A stretch of DNA of 64,000 nt from Octopus sinensis (Eukaryota). This document shows positions 11,325 through 24,775 of this stretch, one piece after another (positions within the stretch are counted from its first letter, which is position 1; each line of letters opens with the position of its first letter). The stretch is from NCBI RefSeq assembly GCF_006345805.1, contig NC_043019.1, forward strand, positions 13,267,360-13,331,359, written 5' to 3'. A program made the position numbers and the translations under genes. The notes beneath the pieces are model-generated. The model worked only from the letters and a program-made list of their open reading frames with translations. It did not search any database and had not been told where the DNA came from.

Positions 11325-11620
11325 GGTTTGGATAATTCACCTTTGGAAACAGGTGGTTCGTTCAACATCCTTAAAGAACCCTTATTCAGGGACCTTTTGA
11401 GCGGGATGGGCTACTCGACCAGAAGAAAATTCTAATTGGGCCCCACCTGCAAGGTCATGTGCTGTTTATCTTGATTTGAGATCGCCGTGTCTTGCACAAA
11501 TGGTTGTGATGCATGGGCCTGGTGTACCCTTATCAGATGGGTAGTCATGATGGGTATACTGGGCTTTGTATTATTTTACCCCAATGTCACTTTGATGGCA
11601 TGCACTGCTCTCTCACTCAC
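11325..11620 (+). mobile_element. Family G element, 3' part
   Basis: Reverse-complement match to 59192-59490; ends tttgatggcatgcactgctctctcactca. Confidence 0.8.
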
Positions 11621-11621
11621 T

Positions 11622-12012
11622 AATCATCATCATCATCATCATCATAGTTTAACGTCCGTTTTCCATGCTAGCATGGGTTGGACTGTTCAACTGGGGTCTG
11701 GGAAGCCAGAAGGCTGCGCAAGGCCCAGTCTGATCTGGCAGTGTTTCTACAGCTGGATGCCCTTCCTAACGCCAACCACTCCAAGAGTGTAGTGGGTGCT
11801 TTTTATGTGCCACCTGCACAGGTGCCAGACGAGGCTGGCAAACGACCACGATCGGATGGTGCTTTTTACGTACCACCAGCACGGAGGCCAGTCGGGGTGG
11901 CACTGGCAACGTTCGGATGATTCTCTTACGTGCCACCGGCACTGGTATCACAGCTACAATTTCCATTGATGTTGAACGATTTCGATTTTCACTTGCCTCA
12001 ACAGGTCTTCAC
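11622..12012 (-). mobile_element. Family C retroposon
   Basis: (CAT)n then ttaacgtccgttttccatgctagcatgggttggac...ctggatgcccttcctaacgccaaccac, plus internal cassettes. Confidence 0.85.
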
Positions 12013-12609
12013 TAATGATAATAATAATAATTTGGCACAAGATCAGCAATGTTAAGGGAGGGATTAGTGGATTACCTGATCCCTAGCACTCTGTTTTATT
12101 GAGTCTGAAATGATTAAAAGCAAAGTCGACTTGGCCAGAATTTGAACTCAGATCCTCCAAAGAAGCAGAACAAATACTGCTTCCACAAGTTGTTTTCTTT
12201 CAATGCTCTAACGATTCCCTGGATTGGAAATTTCCATTTCCAGCGAGAGAAAGAGAGAGAGAGAGGTATTCTTCATAAAAGCAATTAAAAGCAATTGTTA
12301 CAAATTTTCTTGGGACTACAAGAAGAGGGAGCACCCCCCCCCCCCCCACCAATCTCTGCTATCACCAATCTCTGCAAACCAGCTCAGAGCTGACACAGCT
12401 ATTGGGTAATCTTCTCTTTATTGTCCAAAGAACCCTTTAAGAAATTTTGTCTCTCTCTCTCTCATCTCTCCTCCTCCTGCCACTTCCACTCCCACTCTTG
12501 TAAATAGTTTTGATATAAAGCATGTCTTTATCTGCCACTGTTTGATTATTCACGCTGCAGCACTAACATTGAGCATTCATCATCAACAAATGGGCCGATC
12601 TGTTCTCCT

Positions 12610-12825
12610 TTGTTTTCTCTCTCTCTTACACACACACACATGCTCTCTCTCTCTCTCTCTCACTCTCTCACACACTCTGTCTATCTATCTGTAGCTGTCA
12701 ATTTCTATCTTAATTTATCTCTCTCTCTCTCTGTATTTCTCACTCCTTTTCAATTTGTCTGTCTATCTATCTGTCTATCCGTCTATCCATCTGTCTGTCT
12801 GTTTATCTGTCTATCTACCCATCTG

Positions 12826-12871
<46 letters not shown>

Positions 12872-13240
12872 CCTCTATCCATCTATCTATCTATCTATCT
12901 ACCTATCTGTCTGTCTGTCTATCTGTCTGTCTGCTTATCTATGTTTTTATCTCTGTCTATCTCTCTCTCTCTCTTATGTATCTCTTCCTATCAATCTCTA
13001 TCTGTATTTGTCTATCTGTGTCTTCCTCTCCTTCTCTCTCTCTCATCTCTGTTTTTTATATTCCTTTCTTTCTATCATTCTATCTCTCTCCCCCCCTCTC
13101 TCTCTGAATTCATCTGTATCTCTATACGGGCTTTTATTCATATATCCATCACTCTATCACTATTACCTATCTCTTTTTATCTCTCTATCTCTTTTTTGTC
13201 TGTCTCTTTCTCTTTCTCCCTATCTCTCTCTCTCGCTTTT
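12610..13240. repeat. (TC)n/(TCTA)n microsatellite mosaic
   Basis: Seen directly. Confidence 0.95.
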
Positions 13241-13647
13241 AGTTCTAGATGTAGAAAAAGATTACCTTAATTGAAAATACAATTCTATCGCCCCTTTTTT
13301 CCTTTCCACTCCCCCCCTCTCTCTCTCTCTCTCTCTCCACCAGATTGCACCCTCGTATCTTTTCTTTCCCGCCATCGGCCCCTCCCCTCCAATAAACTTG
13401 TCTCAATATCAATATCCACTAACTCACGTACAGGGACTATTTCGCTCCAAGAAACAGCAGATCCTTGGCGCTGTGTGTTTCACCCTTTGTCATCTCCAAC
13501 AGTTACAAATCTACTCTTGCTGCCAATCTGCTCTTGTCTACCGTTTTTCCATTATTTCTTTCGGCTTTTTTTTTTTTTTTTTACGCGAAGAATTTGCATA
13601 CTTCACTTCTTTCCCCTCTCACTCTCACCTTTGTTTCTTTTTGGCCT

Positions 13648-13654
13648 ACTATTA

Positions 13655-13689
<35 letters not shown>

Positions 13690-14215
13690 GATACTATTAT
13701 TATTATTATTATTATTATTTATTATTATTATGATACTATTTTATTATTATTATTATTATTATTATTGATACTATTATTATTATTATTATCGTTGTTGCTA
13801 TTCCTTTCATTATTCTTCTTATTACCATTATTACTGTTTATTATTATTATTATTAATACTATTATTATTATCATCATTTTTATTATTATTATTATTATTA
13901 TCATTATTATTATTATTATCATCATCATTATTATTATTATTATCATCATCATTATTATTATCATCATCATTATTATTATTACTAATACTATTATTATTAT
14001 TATTATTATTACTAATACTATTATTATTATTATCATTATCGTTGTTGTTCCTTTCATTCTTCTTCTTCTTCTGTTTCTTCTTCTTATTATTATTATTATC
14101 ATTATTGTTATTCCTTTCATTATTCTTATTATTATTACCGTTATTACTGTTTATTATTATTATTATTATCATCATTATTATTATTATTATCATTATTATC
14201 ATTATTATTATTGTT
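13648..14215. repeat. (ATT)n/(ATC)n microsatellite
   Basis: Seen directly. Confidence 0.95.
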
Positions 14216-15081
14216 TTCCTTCTGTAAACAAGCAGAGTGAAAGGAAAACTACCGCTGTGCAATGAGAGAAAATTTTTTGTTTCTTTTGTTCGTTTTCCTT
14301 TTTTTTTTTTACCTTTTTATTATTATCATTATTATTTTATTATTTTTTTTTTTACTTTAGATCAAACACTAAATTGTTGGTTGCTTTGTGATTTAATCAT
14401 TGGTTTTATTACATACAATCTCTCTTTGTGGCCATTTTTCCCCACTGTTTATTTTCTTGTTTTGTTCAGCTGTTGTTGTTGTAGTTGTTGTTGTTCTTAT
14501 TATTCAACTGTTGGAATAAATTCTCCTTAAAGACTCTGGAATAAAGAGATTTAAATATTTATTTTGTCTCTCTCACTCACTTTCGCTTTTCTGTTTCGGA
14601 TATATTTCTTTCTACAGTGTGTTCTTCAAATATATTCTTTGTCTTCTGTAATTCTTTTTTTCTTTTTTGCCATTCTCCTCACCTATTTTTTTGTTGTCTT
14701 TCAACCCCCCACTTTGTTTTCTCTGCCTTACCTTTTGTTCACAACACGGATTTCGCTAATGACTAAAGAATGATCGGTGAAAATAAGAAAACTGCAATAA
14801 ATTTTCACAGATTGTTGAATTGTTCTTAGTATTTTACTGGTATCTTACTGGTAAACGGGAGGTGGTTGTATCATTTGCATATTAGCTCATAATAGGTATT
14901 TCTCGGCTGTGTGCTTAAAAAGCTAGTTTTGGAAACCACAGTGATTTCAGATACATTCAAACTGCTTGACACCAGTAAGTTTTTTTACTATAGCCCAGAC
15001 TGACTAAAGCCTTGTGAGTGGATTTCTGGATTTGATAGATGGAAACTGAGTGAAGCCCCGTTGTGTGTGCAGTGGTATGAC

Positions 15082-15450
15082 TTAAACCCTTTAGCATTCT
15101 GAATACTCTGTCAAATGTAATACTTTTTTATTCACAGTGTTCTGAATTAATCATGCATTTTCTCATAGCTTTGAGATTTCAATGATGTGATTCTATATTT
15201 TGAGAATGACATTGTAGGATAAGTGTGAGAGGCCAGACCTGGTAGGTTTGAACATAACACAAGGAAAATATCTGAGACAGTTATGGCTAGTTTAATCCTT
15301 TAGCATCCATATTACTCTGTCAAATATAATGTTCATTTATTCACGTTGTATTGAATTAATCATGCATTATCTCATGCCTTCAGGTTTTGATGATGTGGTT
15401 GTTTATTGTTAGAATGACATTGTAGGGTAAGTATGAGAGGCTGGATACTC
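15082..15450 (+). mobile_element. Two tandem TTAA/piggyBac-type MITEs (family E)
   Basis: Starts ttaaaccctttagcatt; second copy starts ttaatcctttagcat at about 15292; body gaatgacattgtagg..gtgtgagagg shared with 42.7-43.7 kb. Confidence 0.75.
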
Positions 15451-16403
15451 TGTCTCTTTCTCTCTCTCTCTCTCTCTTTCTCTCTCATCCCTCTTTTCTG
15501 TATTCTTTTCTCTCTATCATTCTATATCTCTATCTCTCTCTATATATATCCGTTTCTCTGTCTTTCTATCTCACTATGAATTCATCTGTATCTCTATAAA
15601 GCCTTTTATTCATATATCTATCATTCTATCGCTATTACTTATCTGACCCTAGTAGTAGCACCAATTAGGGACCCCAGCTATAGATTAACAAGCGCATGAA
15701 ATACTAGGAATGAAGAAGGCCCAGTTCTTGTTAGAACTTCCTTCTTGGAGAAAGTAATTTTCTAAAAACTAAGACATCTGCCCAAATAGCCACTGCACAG
15801 TGGGACTAAACTAAAGGCCATAGGTTAGGAAGCAAACATTTTCACCACCGCACTGGGATGTTGTGACATTTATACTTTACCTAAAGGCACTGACAGAGCA
15901 TGGCAAACAAAATCGCTTAAACTAGGAACTAGGAACAGAAACAAGCTGCTGGCTCTGTCAGCTGGGATTACCTCACAACTAACAACATTTGTCTTCTGTT
16001 TACGAGTATTTATTTTGCTTCCCTTTGATTATATGGTTCTGTTTAATAGTCTACACCTGTTTCGAAATGAATGTGGAGGGTGGTATGTAATGTCGATTGC
16101 CTCAGTTTGTGTATGGTATTGATTTTATTTATGTTTTTTTTTTGTCTGTTGTTTTTTTTCCTTTTTTCCTCACCAGACAGATGAAAACTAAAGGGTAACA
16201 CTACTCCAAGGATTATCTAAACTCTGAAGTGTGTGTGTATATATATATATGTATACATACACAGACACACATATAGAAAGGCAGATGATGTATATACATG
16301 TGTTATATATATGTATTTCTGGATTTCTTTGACTTCTTGTTGCGGCTACTGCTGCTGCCACCTCCCCCTCCTTCGCTGCTGTGAATATACAAATGTGTAT
16401 GTG

Positions 16404-16458
<55 letters not shown>

Positions 16459-16606
16459 GTAGTATATAGATGCACACACACACACACACACATACACATC
16501 TTAAATGACATTGTATGTACCACATTCACAGCCACCCCTTTCCTGTTTGAAAACAGCTTCACCCTTTTCCATCTTTGATATTTGTCGGCCTCTAACATTT
16601 CAAGAT

Positions 16607-16645
<39 letters not shown>

Positions 16646-16789
16646 GCCATCTTGTTATTACAGCTGGACGCTTTGTTTCCCTTTTGTCTGCTCTTAACTC
16701 ATGCGCTTCTCTTTCAGTTAAAGTTCTCCCCCCCCCCATTAAATATAGAGACTGTTAAGTTTGTGATGACCATTTATCTTTGTCATCGC

Positions 16790-16972
16790 CATCTATCATC
16801 ATCATCAGCATCAGCATTTAACATCTGTTTTCCATGCTGGCATGGTTTGGATGGCTTGACAGGAGCTGGCAAGGCCAGGGGCCATCCCAGGTTTCCATAG
16901 CCTGTTTTGGCTTGGTTTCTACAGCTGGATGCCCTTCCTAAGACCAACCACTCTATAGAGTGTAGTGAGGAC
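16790..16972 (-). mobile_element. Family C 3' fragment
   Basis: tttaacatctgttttccatgctggcatgg...ctggatgcccttccta. Confidence 0.75.
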
Positions 16973-17950
16973 ATCATCATCATCATTCAGTGTCTGTTTT
17001 CCATGAATAAGTCCCCGGGTCGATTTGCACGACTAAAGTCAGTGCTCCAGCATGGCTGCAGTCAAATGACTGAAACAAGTGAAAATAGTATACAATAGGC
17101 TTCTTTCAGTTTCCATCTATCAAATTCACTCACAAGGCCTTGGTCAATTTGGAGCTTTAGTAACAGATGTTTACCAATGATGCTAATCAATCAACAAAGA
17201 CCATTTATCCTATTGATATTGAACTCTTTATAACACTTGGGAAATATCTTAGAATCAAACGTAAAGACTGACCAACCAGCCAGCCCAGCCGGTCGTCATG
17301 CTGCTTACCGAATTTCAAAATATATAAACTGGATTTTCTCCAGAAGCACATTATGTCTCACTCACTAAGTCTGTGTATACATTTGTGTCGTTACCTCAGC
17401 CAAGATGAAGTGCGTATCGGAAAATTGGTCGTGTAATATTCAATTTGCCCTTGTCAAATACTACTGCAGCAAACACACTTCAAAAGCTGCAGGCGGACGG
17501 GAATCTGGAAGTGCCTATTACTTAAGAAACGATGAGAGTCTAGCTCTAAGAAACTATTATATAATTTGATAATAGTGTGCCGTGACATCAAAGACTCGGT
17601 TACGATAACTGAGAGTGTAAATTAGATTTGAGAAACTTCTGTACTGTAAGAATCCCATTTCTTCCTCTCCTCTCACCACTAGATTTTTATTTTTTTTATT
17701 TATTTTTTTTTTTTTTTCGTTTTTGCTCTTTAATTTTTTTCCAATCGAAACCTGAAGCTTTCTGCTATTCACTCACATGATGCCGTTCTATGTCCCGGAG
17801 TATTGGACAGAGATTTCTGTGAAACACTGCTTATTCATAAATAAGTAAATATAAAGAAAACTACAAACAAAAAAAAAAAGAACAGAACTTGTGGCTATTT
17901 CATAATTCCAGTTTTATCTTCCTTCGCAGATAATCCTACCCACCCTTATA

Positions 17951-18182
17951 TATCTTTCTTTATTGCCCACAAGGGGCTAAACATAGAGGGGACAAACAAG
18001 GACAGACAAAGGGATTAATTTGATTACATCGACCCCAGTGCGAAACTGGTACTTTATTTATTGACTCCGAAAGGATGAAAGTCAAAGTCGACCTCAGTGG
18101 AATTTGAACTCAGAACGTAACAACAGACGAAATACCGTTAAGCATTTCGCCCGGCGTGCTAACGTTTCTGCCAGCTCGCTGT
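17951..18182 (-). mobile_element. SINE B monomer (tRNA-derived)
   Basis: Minus strand reads gcgagctggcagaaacgttagc...B-box gagttcaaattcc...gtcgactttgactttcatcctttcgg...tail ccccttgtgggcaataaagaaa. The central block resembles the Meta/Sauria-type SINE domain (from recollection). Confidence 0.85.
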
Positions 18183-18197
18183 CTTTCTACCTACCCT

Positions 18198-18270
<73 letters not shown>

Positions 18271-18285
18271 CATACATATACACAG

Positions 18286-18440
18286 TGGGCTTCTTTTAGT
18301 TTCTATCTACCAAATCAACTCACAAGTCTTTAATTGACTTGAGGCCATAATAGAAGACACTTGCCCAAGGTACCAGGCAGTGGGACTGAACCTGGAACCA
18401 TGTGGTTAGGAAGAAGCTACTTACCATACATCCATGGCTG
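18286..18440 (-). mobile_element. SINE A 5' half
   Basis: agaagacacttgcccaaggt...gggactgaacc. Confidence 0.8.
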
Positions 18441-18573
18441 CACTTTATATGTGTATATATATATATATATTAAAAATAATATAAAATCTTTATAAGAATT
18501 TATCAAGTAGTTAGCGTGAAAAGCCTCATAAGAGAAAAATCCACCAATTTTTTCTCTTAAATATATTTATTTA

Positions 18574-18661
18574 TATTATATAGAGGGCATTACTATACAT
18601 AAATGCCACACGCTAGGAGGGGACTTTAAGAGTCCTTCCTAGTAATGCCCTCTATATAATA
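18574..18661. other. Perfect 22-bp inverted repeat enclosing a second hairpin
   Basis: tattatatagagggcattacta (18574-18595) / tagtaatgccctctatataata (18640-18661). Confidence 0.9.
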
Positions 18662-19073
18662 ATAATATATATATACTTCTGACATGTCACCACTATTGTG
18701 AGGTTGTAGTAATGTTGACATGTCTTGTGTATATCATGATCAGGCACTCTACACATTCACAGACTCGTCAAACAATGGTAGGCCTTATTTGGAAAACACA
18801 GGTAAAGGTTGGTGACAGGAAGGGCATCCAACCATGGAATCCAGCCTGCAGTAAATAAATCTCAGTTCAAGCTTGTTTCGGCAGCATGAAAAAGAAGAAT
18901 ACTGAGCAAATAAACAGTGAACCATGGTTTAGTAGTATATGCTGTGTGGAAGGGTGATGTGTGTTACTAAGTGATTATGGATTCTGTATTGGTCATATTT
19001 ATACTTAGACAGGCACCTGTACACACTAGTATACATATGGAATGATACATAGATGGAGGTGTATATATAAGAA

Positions 19074-19157
19074 TTGCATACACATATAATGCATATATCT
19101 GCCTATGTATATATTCACATATATATATATATATATATTTATGTATGTGTGTATATG

Positions 19158-19191
<34 letters not shown>

Positions 19192-19317
19192 TATGTGTGT
19201 GTGTGTATATATATATTTATATGTATGTGTGTGTCTATATATATATGTGTGTGTGTGTGTGTATATATATATATGTATGTATGTGTGTGTGTATATATAT
19301 ATGTATGTATGTGTGTA

Positions 19318-19360
<43 letters not shown>

Positions 19361-19400
19361 ATATATATATATGTATGTGTGTATATATATATGTATATAT

Positions 19401-19452
<52 letters not shown>

Positions 19453-19461
19453 TATATGTAT

Positions 19462-19553
<92 letters not shown>

Positions 19554-19570
19554 GTGTATATATATATATA
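19074..19570. repeat. (TA)n/(TG)n microsatellite mosaic
   Basis: Seen directly. Confidence 0.95.
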
Positions 19571-19747
19571 ATGCCATTATGGAGACCGGACATTAAACAA
19601 TATGTATGTTTGTGTGCGTTTTCGGCATTTTTATGTTTGGAATCGGTTTGCAGTTTTTGGGGATTTTTTTTCTCAGTGTTATATTTTTGCTCAGAAGAAC
19701 CTCTTCATGGAAATAATTTCTCTTTGTTTTTTTTTTTTTTGTTTTTC

Positions 19748-19782
<35 letters not shown>

Positions 19783-20971
19783 TCAGAAAGTTTCGCGTAC
19801 ATATGCACACACACACTCATTCATATACATACATATATGTACATCTATATACATACATATATATATATGTATATATAGATATATACACATATCCAAACAT
19901 TCTAATTGCTTTCAGAAGTGTTTAAAAGGTGACTAGTTCAGTGTGTTCTTACTGGGTTTTTTTCTCAGTGCTCATAAATTTGCGGTATATATGTATTTAT
20001 ATATATATATATGTGTGTGTGTACAATTATATTATTTATTTATATATATAGTTTCTATGTGTTTACATATATTGATGCTACATTTTGTTTCCATTAAATG
20101 TTATATTATCTATCGCTTTTATTTTGAGAAAAAGGCTGTCAGTTGTTTTTAATTGAGACTGGCATGTGTGTGTGTGTGTGTGTGTGTGTATGCTTGCATG
20201 TGTGTGTTTGTGACTACCGCAGTAGGTTCATAATAAGGAAGAGAGAGAGAGAAAAAGATGGTCTTTATAGTGGTAACATGTGAAAATTACAAATAAAACC
20301 CCAGGAATTCTCATACAGTATGTATATGTGTAAGGATATATGTATACATACTACTACCACCACTACTACTACTACTACTACACTTGCAATATATACATAC
20401 ATATACATACACATAACTCTATGTATCTATATATCTGTCCATCCATGTATGTCTATCTCTTTATCCATCTCTCTCTCTCTCTCTCGCTCTCTCTCCATAT
20501 ATCTATCCATCCATCCACCTATTTCTATCTATCTATATATCTGTCTATCTACCTACCTACCTACCTACCTACCTATCTATCTATCTATCTATCATTTGTC
20601 TACCACTGTCTGTCTATCTAATCTATCTATCTTTGTCCATCTATATCTTTCTATCCATCCATCCATCATCTATCTATCTGTCTGTCTGTCTATCCATCTA
20701 TCTTTCTATCCATCCATCCATCCATCCAGCTAACTAGCTGCTCATCTATCTATCTGTCTGTCTATTTATCCATCCAGTCCGCTAGCCATCAATCAGTCGG
20801 TGTATCCATCTATCTATCTATTGATTTGATTAATCGATCTATATGTATCTGTCCCATTTGTCTTTCGTTTTGATGAATAAATAACCACTGTTCCTCTGAA
20901 TCTAGGATTCTGTGAATTTTTATATAAACACTTCATTTTGTGTGTATGTGTGTATACATATTTACATACAA

Positions 20972-21305
20972 TGGGCTTCTTTCAGTTTCTGTCTACCAAA
21001 TCTACTCACAAGGCTTTGGTCAGCCCAAAGCTACAGTAGAAGACACTTGCCCAAGGTACCACTCAGTGAGACTGAACCCAGAACCATGTGGTTGAGAAAC
21101 AAACAAGCAAACTTCTTGCTACACACATACACACTGACATACACATATTAGGCTTCTTTCAGTTTCCATGTACCAAATTCACTCGTGATGCTTTGCTCAG
21201 CATAGGGCTGCAGTCAAAGAAACCTGCACCATGCGTCACGTAGTGGGAATGAACCTGAAACCTCGCGATTGGCAAGCAAACATCTTTACCGACACACCCA
21301 CGGCT
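20972..21305 (-). mobile_element. Two SINE A 5' halves in tandem
   Basis: ggcttctttcagtttc at about 20974 and 21151. Confidence 0.75.
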
Positions 21306-21849
21306 GTATCTATACATGTAAATGTAATGTAGATATAAAATATTGATAAACTGCGATATTTCATTTCTGAAAGATGAAACTAACAGTTAGCAGAAAACAA
21401 AAGACAAAAACAAACCCAATAATAATAATAATAATAATAATAATGATAATATTGTTATTATTATTATTATTATTACTATTAACAAACAACTCTTTTCAGA
21501 CATTTTGATATTTAATCAAGCTTCATTCAAGTTTTCTTTGAAAACCAATAGAATGGATGTTTGTTATCTATAATTAAAAGTTCCTCTTTGAATCCAGCTT
21601 ACCAAATATGTAGAACCTCCTGCACTTGCCCCTCTACAGAAAGACAAGTAAATATTTAATTCGAGTTATCTCTTGTTTGGAATTGAAGATTCCTGAGACG
21701 ACCTCTGAAGCAGAAGCTGCTGTCTGCGGTGACCTTTCTGTCTTGGAATGGTTCCGATCTTCAGTTTTGTTTTTTATTGATCGTTTGTGTCATTTTATTT
21801 ATTTATTTTTTTTGGTTCCACCGAATTCTCTTCTTTGGTTTTGTTTTGT

Positions 21850-22282
21850 TTTATCTTTATACTTCTTTCAGTCATTAGACTGTGGCCATGCTGGGGCACT
21901 GCCTTGGAGAATTTTTAGTCAAATGAACCAACCCCGGTACATTTTTCTTATTTTTTAAAGCATGGTACTTATTCTGTCAGTTTCTTTTTGCCGAACCGCT
22001 AAGTTATGGGGGATGTAAACACACCAGCATCAGTTGGTAAGCATTGTTGGGGGCACATATCAATATGGAAAGCAGTCATTAAACGATGATGATGATATAT
22101 ATATATATATACGACGAGCCTCTTTCAGTTTCCGTCTACCAAATCCAAATCCACTCTACAAGGCTTTGGTCGGCCTGAGGCTTTAGTAGAAGACACTTGC
22201 CCAAGGTGCCATGCAGTGGGACTGAACCCAAAACCATGTGGTTGGTAAGCAAGCTACTTACCACGCAGCCACTCTTGTGCCT
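21850..22282 (-). mobile_element. SINE A, near full-length
   Basis: Tail, body and head all match 1086-1506. Confidence 0.85.
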
Positions 22283-22340
<58 letters not shown>

Positions 22341-22391
22341 TACTGTTCCCTGATGGTAACAGAAAAAGTACTCTATACATTGTTTATTAAA

Positions 22392-22438
<47 letters not shown>

Positions 22439-23065
22439 TACATACACATTATGGGTTTCTTTTTTCAGTTTCTGCTCACCAAAATCTCCTCAAAAATTTT
22501 TCTCACCTGATTTGTGTTATTGCGGGGCCTGGCCAGTCCAATGGATATTTGAAGTAGCACCTTTGTAGTAACAATACTGTAGCTTTCCTTTTGATCCACA
22601 TAACCAAATAACCGACATATCTAAGATGCTTCTCACGTCCTTCCCTGGTCGCCCCATCCACCTACGCCGACTATCTGACTTACCCATTTTGGGCTTGACC
22701 TCATTGGTCACAAAGTACTCTTACTGTATTACCCATGAGCGTGTTTCTACATTTATCGCTTCACCTGTTCCGAATAACAAAACCAAATGTCCTTAAAATC
22801 GCACACCAACAGTGTTTTGTTTGTTTGTTTTGTATTAAGCAACAGGTAAAAGGAATGGTTGTTGTGTCATATTATTGTATAACACACAATGTGCTGTGTC
22901 AGGTAAAAAAGGCAAAAAATAAAGTAAAGGACTTGAAAAATATCTCGTTTAAGCGCACGGGTTGTGCTGGTTTTTTAGCTCCAGTCGAACTTTAATCAGG
23001 TGATAGAACGGGAATAAAGCATTGTGATCGACAGAATAATCTTAAGGCTGAAGGGTTAAGTCTTA

Positions 23066-23642
23066 ATACCTATTTCTTTATTACCCACAAGGGGCTAAAC
23101 ATAGAGAGGACAAACAAGGACAAACAAATGGATTAAGTCGATTATACCGACCCCAGTGCATAACTGATACTTATTTAATCGACCCCCGAAAGGATGAAAG
23201 GCAAAGTCGACCTCGGCGGAATTTGAACTCCGTTAAACATTTCAGCCGGATTGCTAACGATTCTTATTTCTTTACTGCCCACAAGGGGCTAAACACAAAG
23301 AGGACAAACAAGGACAGACAAAGGGATTAAGCCGATTACATCGACCCCAGTGCATAACTGGTACTTATTTAATTGACCCCGAAAGGATGAAAGGCAAAGT
23401 CGACCTCGGCGGAATTTGAACTCCGCTAAACATTTCAGCTGGATTGCTAATGATTCTTATTTCTTTACTACCCACAAGGGGCTAAACACAGAGAGGACAA
23501 ACAAGGACAGACAAACGGATTAAGTCGATTATACCAACCCCAGTTCATAACTGGTACTTATTTAATCGACCCCGAAAGGATGAAAGGCAAAATCAACCTC
23601 GGGGGAATTTGAAATCAGAACGTAACGGCAGACGAAATACCA
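23066..23642 (-). mobile_element. SINE B head-to-tail trimer (period about 195 bp)
   Basis: tatttcttta..cccacaaggggctaaac occurs three times (about 23071, 23266, 23458). Confidence 0.9.
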
Positions 23643-24097
23643 TTATACCAACTGACCTGAAACTACTCCTGTTTCTTTGATACAAACTTCTACTTTTAAA
23701 GAGATCCAGACTGAACCCTCCATCAAAATTTCACGTTTTTTGGTGGGGTGGGGTGGGGTTTCCAAACACCAGTTTAATAATGACAAAATTATATCACTAA
23801 ATTAGTATCTTCAAAATTAATTAAAACAAAGACAGTGTATTTCAAGAGATATATGGTAACAAAAGGGTTAAAGTGATCTAAACTAAAAACCTTCCATCGA
23901 AATTTCTTGTTAATTTATGTTCCAAACAGCAGTTTAATAACAGCAAAATTATTTTACTGAATTCTACATTATTTTGGAAAATTAATTGAAAGAAAGAAAG
24001 ACAGTATATTTCATCAGAAATATAGTAAAAAAAAATAATAAATGGGTTAAAACAAAAAGTAAATTTGACTCCGGCAAATTGGTATCGAAAGGGTTAA
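23643..24097 (-). mobile_element. Cluster of TTAA/piggyBac-type MITE F copies
   Basis: Ends ggtaacaaaagggttaa (about 23855-23871) and ggtatcgaaagggttaa (about 24081-24097); reverse match to 31222-31452. Confidence 0.7.
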
Positions 24098-24489
24098 GAA
24101 ATTTCATCTGAAGACCATTTCAATCAGGTTCCCTCTCATGTTCCATATTAAACTGCCGTTTCTTTCACCCTTGGGTCCACGGTTCCCTTACCGTCTACAG
24201 ATGCTAATTGAATGCCGTTACTGCTGCTAATGAATCATGTGAACATATTGTATAGAAATTCAATTTTCTAATCTATTTAACTGATATTTTACACAAGTTG
24301 TTGTCGTTGTTGTTGTTGTCGTTGTTGCAGAGTTATGTTACAACTTGTGGTTGTTTCCATTATGTTGTAATTTTCCAAAATTTTTATTTCTTCTTGTGAT
24401 TATTTGCATTCTAGATTTTTTGTTGTGTTTTTTTTTACTACTACCCCCCGCACACACACCTTGTTTTCCTCCTTTCTTGTTCATTTTTA

Positions 24490-24742
24490 ATTCTTCTTCT
24501 TCCATTCTTTGTCTTCTATATTCTTCACCTAACTTATTTTATTCTTCCTTCTTCTTCTTAAATCTGTCTTCTGCTTCTTCAATCCTTCTTCTTCTTCTTC
24601 TTCTTCTTCTTCTTCCTCCCCCTCTTCTTCTTCTTCTTCCTTCTCCTGAATTCTTTTTCTTGAATTCTTCTTCTTGAATTCTTCTTTTTCTTCTTCAATT
24701 CTTCTTCTTCTTCAATTCTTCTTCTCCTTCTTCTTCTTCTTC

Positions 24743-24775
<33 letters not shown>

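Noticed and set aside
16140-16200. Apparent micro-exon ctcaccag|acagatgaaaactaaagg|gtaaca
   Set aside because: It aligns with a degenerate SINE B block (gaaaggatgaaaggcaaag) and has a weak donor.
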